A stretch of 64,000 nt of DNA, taken from IMG/VR virus record IMGVR_UViG_3300005512_002353; one strand, 5' to 3'. Position 1 is the first letter of the stretch. Each line of letters begins with the position of its first letter. This document shows positions 19,042 through 28,923 of the stretch, piece after piece. Source of the DNA: a virus (lineage: Duplodnaviria > Caudoviricetes). Both the position numbers and the translations under genes were made by a program. Under the pieces are notes generated by a model. It was not told where the DNA came from and ran no database searches. It was given only the letters and a program-made list of their open reading frames with translations.

Positions 19042-21600
19042 TTACATACCTGCCAAATGCTTGATTCTGTCCAATTCTGACTCTTTGACTTGGTAAACTT
19101 TACCATCTACCTCAAACTCTTTCTTGTTTTGTGCTTTTGCCTGTGCCAGTGCTTGTGTAAACTCATTGCCTTCTTCAACGTCATCTTCCATGATGCCGGC
19201 CGCTCTCAAGAAACGTTCTCTGTCAAAACGAGGGTTTTGTTTTGAGAACATGTCAGCATGGTGATGTGCTAGATCCTTTTTCTTTTGTGGATCATCAACT
19301 GACTTCAATAGGTCTGCCACCATTTGGAAGTCCTTGCGAGTAGGTCCTTCTGACACTGTGTCTTCGGCCGCCAAGTCGCCTGCAACTGATTTCATTTTTT
19401 TAATGTATGCTGGTTGATCTGGATCCATTCTTAAGTCCTTGTTCTTAACTTCTTGCCAATCTGACTTCTTGCTTTGATACTTTTTCTCAAACTCTTCGTC
19501 TGATAGTTCTTCCATGTCCAAAGCCAGGCCTTTCATTTTACCTTCGTTTACTGACTCAGTATATAGGTTATTGCCAAATTTAATAAGTTTTCTTAGAGGG
19601 TCTGTTGAGTTTGAATACCAGTCTTGAAAGTCTTCCGCTTTTTTCCAATGAATAACACCGCTAACCTTTCGTTTTGCTCCATCGGTCCAGGTCGCCCAAA
19701 GATTTTCAAAGGCTGATTCTCCCCTTTTATACAAACTTTTTGGATCTAAGCTACCAAACTCCGAAGCAAAAACAAGTTCATTGCCTTTTCTTAGTAAAAT
19801 AGCATCATTGCCATCCTGATATCTAGTCCAACTAAGAACTTTAATTGATCCCTTATAATCTTGTATAAGTTGTTGAAGCTCAGGATCATTTGTTTTTGCT
19901 TTTAGGGTCACTGGGCCATAACTAAATGGTTTATCCTCTTTTGGAGCAGTTATATCAACACCAATCCTGATATGTTTGTTGGCTAATGAAGGGTTATCCT
20001 TATACCATTGAACAAAATCATCTTTGCTTGTCCAATGATAGTATCCTTGTCCTGGAGCGATTTTTGCTTCTTTTGTAAATTCGTCCCAAGCACAGGTAGG
20101 ACCACATTCCCACCAACCATAATAGTCCATATTAGCCAAATCGGTGCCTAAAGCAAATTCTTGGCCTTTTCTTAGTAAAATAGCGTCAGTCTGACCATAG
20201 TTTGTGTTGATCCAACTAGCAACTTTAATGCCACTGTCGTCTTCTTTTCGGAGTTGATAAATCCTGTCATCAAATTCTTTAACAATTTCTTTATTAACAG
20301 TGTCTTCCATAGCAGGAACATCAACGTCACGCTCTTGCCATTGTTCGTCAGCATCTTCTTGAGCGGCTTGTAATGCGTCTTGATGATCACTACCACCTGG
20401 TCTTACCATGTCAGTGCACCATTCGTCTGTTAGTTTGTTGTTACCATCGCCACGGCACCAACCTGTCAGTGATGCTGGATCTACCACCGGACGACCATCA
20501 ATCACTTTAGCAACATAACGGACACCACCATAACCTGGTTCGCCATCATCGCCTGCGTATTCCCAATTCATTTCGCCTTCAAATTCTTTAGGATCAAAGC
20601 CTTCGCCTAGATCTAACTGAGTGGTTTCGTCAGCCCATTGTTCAAATTCGTTAATTTCTTTCATTACAGAGTCCCTCGCCTCTAATTTGTTTAATACTGG
20701 AATCGCTTGTTCAATTCTAGTGTCTAGTAGTGTCTGTGTGAACATCTCTCTGATCTTGTCAGTGGTTTCACTATGCTCTTGTTCTTGTTGAGGACTAAAT
20801 GCGTCTAGTTCCTCTCTATATCCACGACGGCTGATCATTTTCTTGACTTTCTTTTTCAAGTTAGCCAAGTGTCTGATACCTGTTTCAACCATTAGATCAG
20901 CACCTGCGTCTGTCCACTCCTTACCACGAGCTGAACGTAAGAACTGTTCTAATACCTTGATGTCATCAACCATCTCTGAAATGTAAGCACCAAACTCATC
21001 ATAAGGTAAACCACCCTCTGAACAGTGTCTTGCCATGGCACGACCTGCGTATAACTTAGTGAAAGGTAACTTGAATCTCTCTCCCTCTGCTGTCTCAACA
21101 TAAAGTTTTGCCACGTTTCTATAACGGGCATCACCTTGTTCCTCGTCGATTGGCTTAGAATGAACGATCTTAAGTTTTGCTTCTTTGGTTGGTTTCGTGT
21201 ATGATGTGTTCTTGTAACCGTAGTATTTGCCTTCTGTAACTGCGGCCATAGTCTTCATTGCGTGTTTTAGTTTGTTCATATGTTTGAGTTCAAACTGTAA
21301 CATATTTCTACGACTAAAGTGTCTCAATTGATACAGGAAGTCATACCAAGTTGTTTTATGATCTTTATCCATTGAACGACCCAGTCTGTCACCGTAGAAC
21401 ACTTCCAACACACCCTCAGGAGTGATAGTGATAACTACTGTGCCATAGTTAGTGTCGTCCATCTTGTAGTCAAATGAGAATAGGTCTGCGTCTTTGGCAT
21501 CACCTGTTTCTTTACCTTTTGAATCTCGTGTAGTTACATCAAAGTTTTTGACTGCTAATAGGTCAAATAAGTTCTGTCTAATTTGGTCTGTGGATATCAT
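19042..21600 (-). CDS. large modular putative head/structural protein
   Basis: 852 aa; late promoter; Glu-rich linkers, internal duplicated domain, C-terminal RIKHLAGM. Confidence 0.6.
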   Translation of the reverse strand: MISTDQIRQNLFDLLAVKNFDVTTRDSKGKETGDAKDADLFSFDYKMDDTNYGTVVITITPEGVLEVFYGDRLGRSMDKDHKTTWYDFLYQLRHFSRRNMLQFELKHMNKLKHAMKTMAAVTEGKYYGYKNTSYTKPTKEAKLKIVHSKPIDEEQGDARYRNVAKLYVETAEGERFKLPFTKLYAGRAMARHCSEGGLPYDEFGAYISEMVDDIKVLEQFLRSARGKEWTDAGADLMVETGIRHLANLKKKVKKMISRRGYREELDAFSPQQEQEHSETTDKIREMFTQTLLDTRIEQAIPVLNKLEARDSVMKEINEFEQWADETTQLDLGEGFDPKEFEGEMNWEYAGDDGEPGYGGVRYVAKVIDGRPVVDPASLTGWCRGDGNNKLTDEWCTDMVRPGGSDHQDALQAAQEDADEQWQERDVDVPAMEDTVNKEIVKEFDDRIYQLRKEDDSGIKVASWINTNYGQTDAILLRKGQEFALGTDLANMDYYGWWECGPTCAWDEFTKEAKIAPGQGYYHWTSKDDFVQWYKDNPSLANKHIRIGVDITAPKEDKPFSYGPVTLKAKTNDPELQQLIQDYKGSIKVLSWTRYQDGNDAILLRKGNELVFASEFGSLDPKSLYKRGESAFENLWATWTDGAKRKVSGVIHWKKAEDFQDWYSNSTDPLRKLIKFGNNLYTESVNEGKMKGLALDMEELSDEEFEKKYQSKKSDWQEVKNKDLRMDPDQPAYIKKMKSVAGDLAAEDTVSEGPTRKDFQMVADLLKSVDDPQKKKDLAHHHADMFSKQNPRFDRERFLRAAGIMEDDVEEGNEFTQALAQAKAQNKKEFEVDGKVYQVKESELDRIKHLAGM

Positions 21601-21612
21601 ACGAGTATTTAT

Positions 21613-23181
21613 CTAAAACATTATAAAGGGCATTGGCTCTACATCTACGTCTGTGTGATCAGTCATATTCTCGCCAAGGTCTTTGTGATACTGCTGTATC
21701 TGTTGCATCATACGAACTACCAACACTGTGGCCATGACTAGATCATCGTGTTCGCCGGGTTTGGCCGCATAACTGGTGCCTGATGCTACAAAGTTCTTGA
21801 GCTCACTGATTAGAGGTTGTGATTTGATCTGTAGTCTACCTGTTTCAATTAAAGTTTTTAATTTTGAGCAGGCCGCAATCTTTGACTTGTTTGTTGTGTT
21901 AAAGCCTTTACGGAATCTTCTGCCTTGTCCTGCTTTCTTATCTTCACTTAAGAACAAACCCTGTATGTTTTCCTCGCCAAAGTCTGCTATTGATATTAAG
22001 GCCGCTTCACCTATGGTGTTGTTCTCAACTGAAAAGTAGATGTTGTTTTGATCCACACCTTTGTCTCTTAAATGTTTGATAATGTCTGAGAACACACGCA
22101 CCTGTTCAGGTATTGTAGTCTTATTGTGTTTCCATTCTGCTATCTGTGTCATTGATGTGGCATCAAATATTTCCATGGCCGAGTAGTCACCGCCTGTTCC
22201 TAGACTAGGATCCCATCCTACTGTGTAGATATGGTCTGCTACTATTTCATTATACCAACGAACCTGTCCTGTCTTGTTCACGGGTTCGATGCCTTTCATA
22301 TCCAAGAGGTGTATTGGTGCTATCAGTGTCTCATCGTTGATGATAAATTCACAATCCATTTCACGACGGAAACGTTCATCACCTAGTTTGCCACGTTCTT
22401 CTTCTGCCCACTTCTCATCTCTGTCTGGATGTTCTTTCCAGTATGATCTGTATGCCTTGAATCCGTTAACACCTACTTCTGTTTGATTGCCGTTGGCATC
22501 TTCACACTTATTAGCACCCTTCCATAACAAGGCAAACTGATCCTCGTCTGAGTTAGGTGTCGATGTGATAATGGCCTTACCACCTGTTGCCAGTGTAGGT
22601 GATATTGAAGTCCAGAACTCACGGGCAATGGTAGGCCTCACAAAAGCAAACTCGTCACAGTATAGCATTGATATAGACATACCTCGACCAGTGTTTTCAG
22701 TTGTCGTCTGTGCTACAATTCGACTGCCGTTGTCAAACTCCAGTGATCCCTTGTTGTAACTGACAGCACCTGCACGGATATGATCTGGACATGCTTCGTA
22801 AGCATAACGGACACGTTGCATGATCTCTTGGGCGCCTGCGTATTTGTGTGCGGCCACCAACACTGTTGAGTCTGGAACAAACATGGCGAACCATAAGAGG
22901 TAACCCGCGGCTGATGTTGACTTACCCGTCTGCCTGGGCATCATTGATATTGAGTAACGATAGTTGTGATATGTATCTATTAGACGTTCTTGATATTCGT
23001 ATGGATCATATTTGATGCCACCACGAGTTGGGTGCTGGATATGGAAAAAGTTTTCCATGAAATATCTCGCACCCATTTTGGGATCAGCACATTTCTTAAA
23101 TTCCTCTACTTGTTCTGCCGTATAGGTAACTTTAGCGTGTGCTTTTTTAATTAATACACCGTCTAATGATTTTGCCGCCAT
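21613..23181 (-). CDS. gp17: terminase large subunit (T4 gp17-like)
   Basis: PRQTGKS Walker A, LYCDEFAFV Walker B, TSTPN, HDDLVMA nuclease motif. Confidence 0.95.
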   Translation of the reverse strand: MAAKSLDGVLIKKAHAKVTYTAEQVEEFKKCADPKMGARYFMENFFHIQHPTRGGIKYDPYEYQERLIDTYHNYRYSISMMPRQTGKSTSAAGYLLWFAMFVPDSTVLVAAHKYAGAQEIMQRVRYAYEACPDHIRAGAVSYNKGSLEFDNGSRIVAQTTTENTGRGMSISMLYCDEFAFVRPTIAREFWTSISPTLATGGKAIITSTPNSDEDQFALLWKGANKCEDANGNQTEVGVNGFKAYRSYWKEHPDRDEKWAEEERGKLGDERFRREMDCEFIINDETLIAPIHLLDMKGIEPVNKTGQVRWYNEIVADHIYTVGWDPSLGTGGDYSAMEIFDATSMTQIAEWKHNKTTIPEQVRVFSDIIKHLRDKGVDQNNIYFSVENNTIGEAALISIADFGEENIQGLFLSEDKKAGQGRRFRKGFNTTNKSKIAACSKLKTLIETGRLQIKSQPLISELKNFVASGTSYAAKPGEHDDLVMATVLVVRMMQQIQQYHKDLGENMTDHTDVDVEPMPFIMF

Positions 23182-23378
23182 TACTTGTCTCTAGGCATTG
23201 GATTCTCACCTGTTAAGTGAGGTTGTGAAAACCACAACTGAAACCACTCTTTATCACCTGGTCTAATATTATGTTTACGTTGATAGGCCGCCTTTTCAGA
23301 TGCCGTGTGAGATATGTTCTCACCCATGTCAGGTGTGTCCTTAACGCCTGCTAGTCTTTTTAAGTCTTTGATGTCCAT
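23181..23378 (-). CDS. small hypothetical protein with LKRLAG motif
   Basis: 65 aa, coupled to gp17; IRPGDKEWFQLWF. Confidence 0.65.
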   Translation of the reverse strand: MDIKDLKRLAGVKDTPDMGENISHTASEKAAYQRKHNIRPGDKEWFQLWFSQPHLTGENPMPRDK

Positions 23379-23382
23379 ACAC

Positions 23383-24030
23383 TTATTTAACTGCGAGTGT
23401 GGCCTTTTTCTTTGCTAGTATACAGTTATATGTGTCCTGTGTCGTTTTACCTGTATCATTGTGTGTAATAGGTATCTGTGCGTTGCGATACCATTCTATT
23501 TCAAAACCTGCTCTAGTAACTAAACTCTGTAGCATGATCTCATTCATTATACTATAATGATTATCCCAATTTTCATACATTCGAGCATTATGTGGTGCTG
23601 GGCATTCAACATATAGTTGTCCACCTTTCTTAAGTAGTCTATTATATTCGATTAATGCTATCATTGGAAACGGTGAATGTTCTAGTGCATGTCTACAGTA
23701 TATAAAATCATACTTGTCGTCATCGTCTTTGACAAAGTTAATGTCACCTTTGATGACTTTGTGTTTCTTTTCTTTTAGTGCTTTGAGATCACCCTCGGTC
23801 CAACTAACTCCTGTGACATCTTTATAGCCTAAGTCTTTCATCTGATCAAGGAAGTATCCTACACCTGATCCAATATCTAAAATCTTTGCTGTCTTTTTTA
23901 GTTTTAAAGGTTTAATGAAGTTCTCAATAATCTGTGCAGTGAGTTGTTCTACTTCAGGAACTTCTCCCTCGTCACGCATTGTGTTGAGACAGAAGTCATA
24001 GTATAGTTTTAGTTTTGCCGCGTCAAACAT
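23383..24030 (-). CDS. class I SAM-dependent methyltransferase (type 11-like)
   Basis: ILDIGSGVG, YDFIYCRHALEH, LLKKGG. Confidence 0.85.
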   Translation of the reverse strand: MFDAAKLKLYYDFCLNTMRDEGEVPEVEQLTAQIIENFIKPLKLKKTAKILDIGSGVGYFLDQMKDLGYKDVTGVSWTEGDLKALKEKKHKVIKGDINFVKDDDDKYDFIYCRHALEHSPFPMIALIEYNRLLKKGGQLYVECPAPHNARMYENWDNHYSIMNEIMLQSLVTRAGFEIEWYRNAQIPITHNDTGKTTQDTYNCILAKKKATLAVK

Positions 24031-24062
24031 TTGTTTCTTTCCGTGTTAGTTGTTTGCTTTAC

Positions 24063-24683
24063 TTATACGGCTTTTTCTGTGTATTCGGATTTTTCCCAAC
24101 CAAGGAGATACTTAGCCTTCCAATCGTTTTGTGTGAATCCTTTGAGATGTCGCCATTCGTCCCTGGCTCGCCATATCCGTCTCGCTGAGTCCTCGAAATC
24201 CATGCGATTGATCCTATCCTCGAACTCATATAACTTGTCCCTAAACTCATTGAAGTCATTGAAATCACATTCGACATGCAGGACCTCGAACATCTCTCCG
24301 TCATCCCTCACATAGTCCATGTCAAAGTCCCAACCCCACTGTTGCTTGGTGCGTAACAATAGATCAGCCTGTGGTATCTTGGATTTCAAACCCTCTAGCT
24401 GTTCTCTGGCCTCACCCTCGAATGAACAGCGATGTAGGATCATGGCATGATCAAGCATCAAGCGAGGATGGTCTATCTGCATCCATTCTTCCTGCCACAA
24501 TCTGTGATTAAGTATGGGTTGATGTATGGGGTGTTCCTCGAGCTCATAATATTTTAGCTCAGCTTGGCAGAGCTCAAATCCATCCTTGTCATAATAACGG
24601 AAGTCTTCTCTATTGGGTGTGAAGGCCAGTGCCTTGGTGCATCGGGGATCTTGGACTAGGGGAACGTTGATCCTGGTGAACAC
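24063..24683 (-). CDS. hypothetical protein
   Basis: 206-aa ORF, GTG start with GGAG RBS. Confidence 0.6.
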   Translation of the reverse strand: MFTRINVPLVQDPRCTKALAFTPNREDFRYYDKDGFELCQAELKYYELEEHPIHQPILNHRLWQEEWMQIDHPRLMLDHAMILHRCSFEGEAREQLEGLKSKIPQADLLLRTKQQWGWDFDMDYVRDDGEMFEVLHVECDFNDFNEFRDKLYEFEDRINRMDFEDSARRIWRARDEWRHLKGFTQNDWKAKYLLGWEKSEYTEKAV

Positions 24684-24684
24684 G

Positions 24685-25998
24685 TTAACTCCTTAAGGGT
24701 TCTAACCAACCAAAGTTGCCGGTCATTGTGGTGTTGTTTGAATCTGCTGTGGCTATTAGACTTAGCACGTCAGCAGTTGTGTTCTGTCTTGACAGTTGTA
24801 GTTGTCGTAACGCTTCTAAAGTAAATGTTCCTGCCTCACCCTTGTTGACTATATAGCCCGTTGCCAGTTCAGTGCCCTGGGCTGAGACTGCCGTGTTGGT
24901 CACAGAATGATCCACTGTGCCATTGGCGTGTGTGGTAAATGACAGAGGTGTTGAGAACGTGGCATTGAGAACTAGTTTATACTGTAAGTTCTGATTGCTG
25001 TCGGTCAACACATTGATGTTGTTTGGAATAACAATATCATCCAGTCTCGATGAGTTTAATTTTAAACTGACCAAGTGATAGAATGTGCCTGCCGTGGACG
25101 CGGTATAGTATGTGAGTCCACGTCCATATTGGAAACTTCTTCCACCTGGAGCAAAGCCACCACTGGATACCACTGTTGAACAGATGTGTTTCATCTGCGC
25201 CGTTGATCCAAGTGTGTCCGTTGCTTCTGCCTCATAACGCACTGGCAAGGCCGCCGTGGTCATGTATGTTGATGTTGATAGGTTAGCGTGATGGAACTTG
25301 TGTGCGAAGACAAAAGCGCCATTGATCACGAAGCCTGCTCTTACCGTGCCCACGCCCAACCACTCAATGTCTATGAACAAGATCTGTGATTTAGTTAGAT
25401 CTAGTGTTAGGTCACTGGGACCGTTGCCATCCAGTGTGTCCGTGTTCCAGTCTGCTTGTGCCACTCTGGTCTCTACCACAGAACCTGAGGATTTAGATCT
25501 TAGCACTAGGTAAACATCACTGCCATCCTGTTCTAGGAACACACCGTTTTCCGTGCCAAAGTATCCCACACGCTGACGTAAATTGGTCTGTGGTGAATCC
25601 ATTGTAAATGTGGCAAATATCTCTAGGGCCTTGCCTGGCTGATATGGAAATACCTTTGTGGTTTCCATCACGGCCTTGCTACCACTGGTCGTGGCCAAGT
25701 TCATATTAACCACACTGGCGTTGGCATCGTGTGCTATTGTAGCACCACTGGCCGTTGAGGTCCAATACTTGTCGTTCTGTGCGTATCTATGTTGGCTGTC
25801 AAATAAGGTGTAAGGTTGTGCCACCTGCTGGCGACCAAATGCGTCAATGCCGTCCGTGGCTGATGCTGATGTTGAACCCGTGACACGTATGATCGGTTGA
25901 CCAAGAGCATTATACTCCATGGCCTTATGAATATTAAAGAGGTTACTCTCCTGTGGATGTTCGTAGGCTGTTGAATTATTATTTGCTCTATCTACCAT
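24685..25998 (-). CDS. putative virion structural protein (beta-rich)
   Basis: 437 aa, DAFGR motif, YQPGK, EWLGVG, S/T-rich. Confidence 0.5.
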   Translation of the reverse strand: MVDRANNNSTAYEHPQESNLFNIHKAMEYNALGQPIIRVTGSTSASATDGIDAFGRQQVAQPYTLFDSQHRYAQNDKYWTSTASGATIAHDANASVVNMNLATTSGSKAVMETTKVFPYQPGKALEIFATFTMDSPQTNLRQRVGYFGTENGVFLEQDGSDVYLVLRSKSSGSVVETRVAQADWNTDTLDGNGPSDLTLDLTKSQILFIDIEWLGVGTVRAGFVINGAFVFAHKFHHANLSTSTYMTTAALPVRYEAEATDTLGSTAQMKHICSTVVSSGGFAPGGRSFQYGRGLTYYTASTAGTFYHLVSLKLNSSRLDDIVIPNNINVLTDSNQNLQYKLVLNATFSTPLSFTTHANGTVDHSVTNTAVSAQGTELATGYIVNKGEAGTFTLEALRQLQLSRQNTTADVLSLIATADSNNTTMTGNFGWLEPLRS

Positions 25999-26001
25999 CT
26001 A

Positions 26002-26253
26002 CTAGTCGCCTGAATACGTTATGCCAGAGCCTGCTACTGGAAACGTTTCTTCGTAAGCTGAATTACCTGATGAGTTTGCTTTCCAATCTGCTAACCAGGA
26101 CGCATAGGCCAGTTTAGTTGTTGCTCTATCTGCTTTAGTGTCTCCAGGTGATGCTGTATTGGTAGCGTGTGCGATCCCGTTAGGGTCTCTTGGATCGTTA
26201 GGTCTAGTCAATGCTGACTGATCTGGATTTGATGATGATAGTGTTAGTGCCAT
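26002..26253 (-). CDS. hypothetical late protein
   Basis: 83 aa, TAAATA-N5-ATG. Confidence 0.6.
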   Translation of the reverse strand: MALTLSSSNPDQSALTRPNDPRDPNGIAHATNTASPGDTKADRATTKLAYASWLADWKANSSGNSAYEETFPVAGSGITYSGD

Positions 26254-26270
26254 AACACTATTTATCTAAG

Positions 26271-26690
26271 TTAGGAAGTTCTGTCCTTGTCGTCTATGGC
26301 TCCGCCACTCACCCATGCTGAGCATGATCTAGTGCCGGCACATTTAAAATGTAGGAAGTTGCAGTAACCAATGTCTGCTTTGTGTATAGTTGCCATAGCA
26401 TCTGCTGACTTTTCGTCACCCTGTATGCCTGACTCTATGCAAGACCACATTTGATCTGAAACATCAAATGCTCCACAGTTATTACACTTCATAGTCTTTG
26501 CTGTTGTTTCTTTGATGTCCCAGCGTTTAGCCGCATCCTTCCAATAGTTCTCTGGTTGATCAGGATTTGCTGGACCGTAGTGATATTCGTCAATGGCCTT
26601 CTGTCTATTCTTGAGATTAACATCAATGTCCTGTGTGGCAACCGGACATCCTTTTACTGCGGCCTCTACTATGTTGATATAATTTCTCAT
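26271..26690 (-). CDS. Cys-containing putative head protein
   Basis: N-terminal MRNYINIVE tag; CNNC...GYC....FKC...RSC..W metal-binding-like pattern. Confidence 0.6.
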   Translation of the reverse strand: MRNYINIVEAAVKGCPVATQDIDVNLKNRQKAIDEYHYGPANPDQPENYWKDAAKRWDIKETTAKTMKCNNCGAFDVSDQMWSCIESGIQGDEKSADAMATIHKADIGYCNFLHFKCAGTRSCSAWVSGGAIDDKDRTS

Positions 26691-27175
26691 TTCTTATACT
26701 TGTTGGTTACGTTCTTAGCCTTACCACGTCTTTCTTTGTTTGGATCTTTTCTACGTTTTCTACGCACTGCTTGTGCTATTGCTTTTTTACCACCCTTGGC
26801 TCTTAGTTTAGCCGCGGCTGACTTTGATAAACATTTAGGCTTGCCTTCCTTCTCACTAGCATCGCCACACTTACCAATGCGTTCACCCTTAGTGTTGTAG
26901 CGATCCCAACCGCCACCTCCGGCTCCGCCTTTCTTACCCTTGCCAAACCAATCACGTAGATTTTCTTCAACGTCTGTTTTATCTTCTTTCTTAACACAGT
27001 TCGGAACACGTTTGCCAAACATGGTCTTCATGCCTTTCTTTTCATATCCGTCCCAACACTTCTCGTCAGTTCTTGATTTTTTAGGACTCTTGCGACACTT
27101 TACTTTCTTGTCAGTAGAACAGTAGTATTCACCATACTGACAATTAAGTTCTGTGATAAATTCTGAACTACGCAT
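26687..27175 (-). CDS. basic modular putative internal head protein
   Basis: MRSSEFITE tag; three Cys-paired basic modules separated by Glu linkers. Confidence 0.6.
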   Translation of the reverse strand: MRSSEFITELNCQYGEYYCSTDKKVKCRKSPKKSRTDEKCWDGYEKKGMKTMFGKRVPNCVKKEDKTDVEENLRDWFGKGKKGGAGGGGWDRYNTKGERIGKCGDASEKEGKPKCLSKSAAAKLRAKGGKKAIAQAVRRKRRKDPNKERRGKAKNVTNKYKK

Positions 27176-28014
27176 TACTTACTCTTGTTACCCCAATTCT
27201 TAGCACCTTTCTTGCGACACTGCACTAGTGCACCTGAAGCATACGCACTAGGCCATACCTTGTATCTTGCTTTTACCTTGTGGTAGCAGGCATCCTTCTT
27301 GGCTTCTTCATCCATCATTGTATCATCGTTCTCAATACTGTCACCAAAACGTTGTCTGTATGCGTTAGCACCCATGCTATTTCTAGAACCAATTACCTTG
27401 TGTCCTTCTCCTGCAAGTAATAAATCATACATTAATTTAATGACCTTCATAGGAGATGTTAAACTATCAACCCTATCATAGAAATAACTGATCTTTTCTG
27501 GTTTCATTCTTCTGACTGGCTTACCTTTAATCAGTTTCTTGGCTTGTGCCTTCATGGTTTCTAAGTCTCTGACTTTTTCTAAATTTTTAATGTCATCAAT
27601 GGTGAAGTTGTCTTCTTCAGTGGCATCCTCGTGCATGCCAAAGTTACCTGATGTGGGAACCTGTTTAATGCCTTTTTCTGCCGCATAGGCATCTACTGAC
27701 ATAGCGAGCTGGAAATCTAGTATTGTAAGGCCCTTAACGTCAAACGTAGACGTCTTTACAGTTACTTCTGCAACATCCTGTGTCACTTCCGCAAAGTGAT
27801 CCATGTCCTCTGATAGCTCATTGATGAACACTATCATTTCCTCTGCTTCTTGATGGTCTTGGCAGACATACATGGCATGTAGCTCTCTGTGATCTCGCAT
27901 GTCCCAATCGGGGAGATACTTATTCTTGATCTCATCAAGTTGTTCGTCGCTAGGAACGAACTCTTCTACATCGTTCTCTCTGTATTTGCCTTCTTGGAAT
28001 TCTTCAAATTTCAT
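27175..28014 (-). CDS. modular protein with pterin-4a-carbinolamine dehydratase-like domain and basic C-terminal module
   Basis: LPDW...DHFAEV..V.V.TSTFDVKGLTILDFQLA resembles PCD; C-terminal DACYHKVKARYKVWPSAYASGALVQCRK. Confidence 0.6.
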   Translation of the reverse strand: MKFEEFQEGKYRENDVEEFVPSDEQLDEIKNKYLPDWDMRDHRELHAMYVCQDHQEAEEMIVFINELSEDMDHFAEVTQDVAEVTVKTSTFDVKGLTILDFQLAMSVDAYAAEKGIKQVPTSGNFGMHEDATEEDNFTIDDIKNLEKVRDLETMKAQAKKLIKGKPVRRMKPEKISYFYDRVDSLTSPMKVIKLMYDLLLAGEGHKVIGSRNSMGANAYRQRFGDSIENDDTMMDEEAKKDACYHKVKARYKVWPSAYASGALVQCRKKGAKNWGNKSK

Positions 28015-28427
28015 AGTGTTACCTTACCTTCTCGCAATAGTTTTTCTCTATTAACTAGATGCTTTGCCTGTATTTCTTCTTTTGAGCCGCCAAAGTATGC
28101 TACAGCGTGACCTTCTTCTACTAGAACGTCTGTTGCCATGCGTCCATCATTGGTAGTAAAGTCACCCAGGACACGACCAAACTTACCTTTGGCATCGTAT
28201 TCCTTGCATACTAACACTGCTTCTTTACCCAGTATTTCTTTTAGTCTTGCCTTACTTGCTAGACCAAACTTCTTTTCTACTTTGTCTCTTGTTCTTGATT
28301 CCGGAGTGTCAATGCCCATGATTCTAACACGTTCTTTTTTAAGTATAACGCCAAATCCTAGATCAATATCTACGTCAACAGTATCTCCGTCAACTACTCT
28401 CTGTATGTAAACTTTGTATTCAAACAT
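28011..28427 (-). CDS. thermonuclease (SNase-like) protein
   Basis: RVVDGDT, RIMGIDTPE, GKFGRVLG. Confidence 0.85.
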   Translation of the reverse strand: MFEYKVYIQRVVDGDTVDVDIDLGFGVILKKERVRIMGIDTPESRTRDKVEKKFGLASKARLKEILGKEAVLVCKEYDAKGKFGRVLGDFTTNDGRMATDVLVEEGHAVAYFGGSKEEIQAKHLVNREKLLREGKVTL

Positions 28428-28429
28428 TA

Positions 28430-28573
28430 TTAATCTCTTGCGTCAGTGTTATCGCTGTATTTTATTGTTGTAACATCTGTCTCACATTCATGACAATGAC
28501 AGTCTGGACAGTTCCAACAGTTAGTGCAACTCTGGCCACAGTGTGAGACACAGCCACAGTATTTACATTTCAT
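28430..28573 (-). CDS. 47-aa Cys-rich metallothionein-like peptide (absent from ORF track)
   Basis: MKCKYCGCVSHCGQSCTNCWNCPDCHCHECETDVTTIKYSDNTDARD; TAATG coupling to upstream gene, fills the gap exactly. Confidence 0.65.
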   Translation of the reverse strand: MKCKYCGCVSHCGQSCTNCWNCPDCHCHECETDVTTIKYSDNTDARD

Positions 28574-28923
28574 TATTTCTTCCTTTGCCACTTGGCCGCC
28601 ATTACCGGCGACTGTTTGTTAGTGTCATCCATCTCTCCGGATGGCCCTTCTGCTTCTGTTTCTGTTGCTAGACCCAGTGCCTTGTGTGCGGCATCTATCA
28701 TCTTCTTCTCTTCTGGAGTGTATGCACCAATGTATGGTTTGGCCGCCACTGAATCCGTGTCTATGTCCGCGTCATCACCAGGAGCACGAGCCATGAGCAT
28801 ACTGGCACGATATAAACCGTAGTATCTGTCACCGTTGTTAGTGTATGCGCCAGGAGTGGCTTTTGAGTGCTGTTCGTTAGGTTTACCCTGTCGGCGTTCC
28901 GATAGGAAGTCCTTGGCACGCAT
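28573..28923 (-). CDS. hypothetical putative head protein
   Basis: MRAKDFLSE tag; C-terminal DTNKQSPV. Confidence 0.6.
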   Translation of the reverse strand: MRAKDFLSERRQGKPNEQHSKATPGAYTNNGDRYYGLYRASMLMARAPGDDADIDTDSVAAKPYIGAYTPEEKKMIDAAHKALGLATETEAEGPSGEMDDTNKQSPVMAAKWQRKK

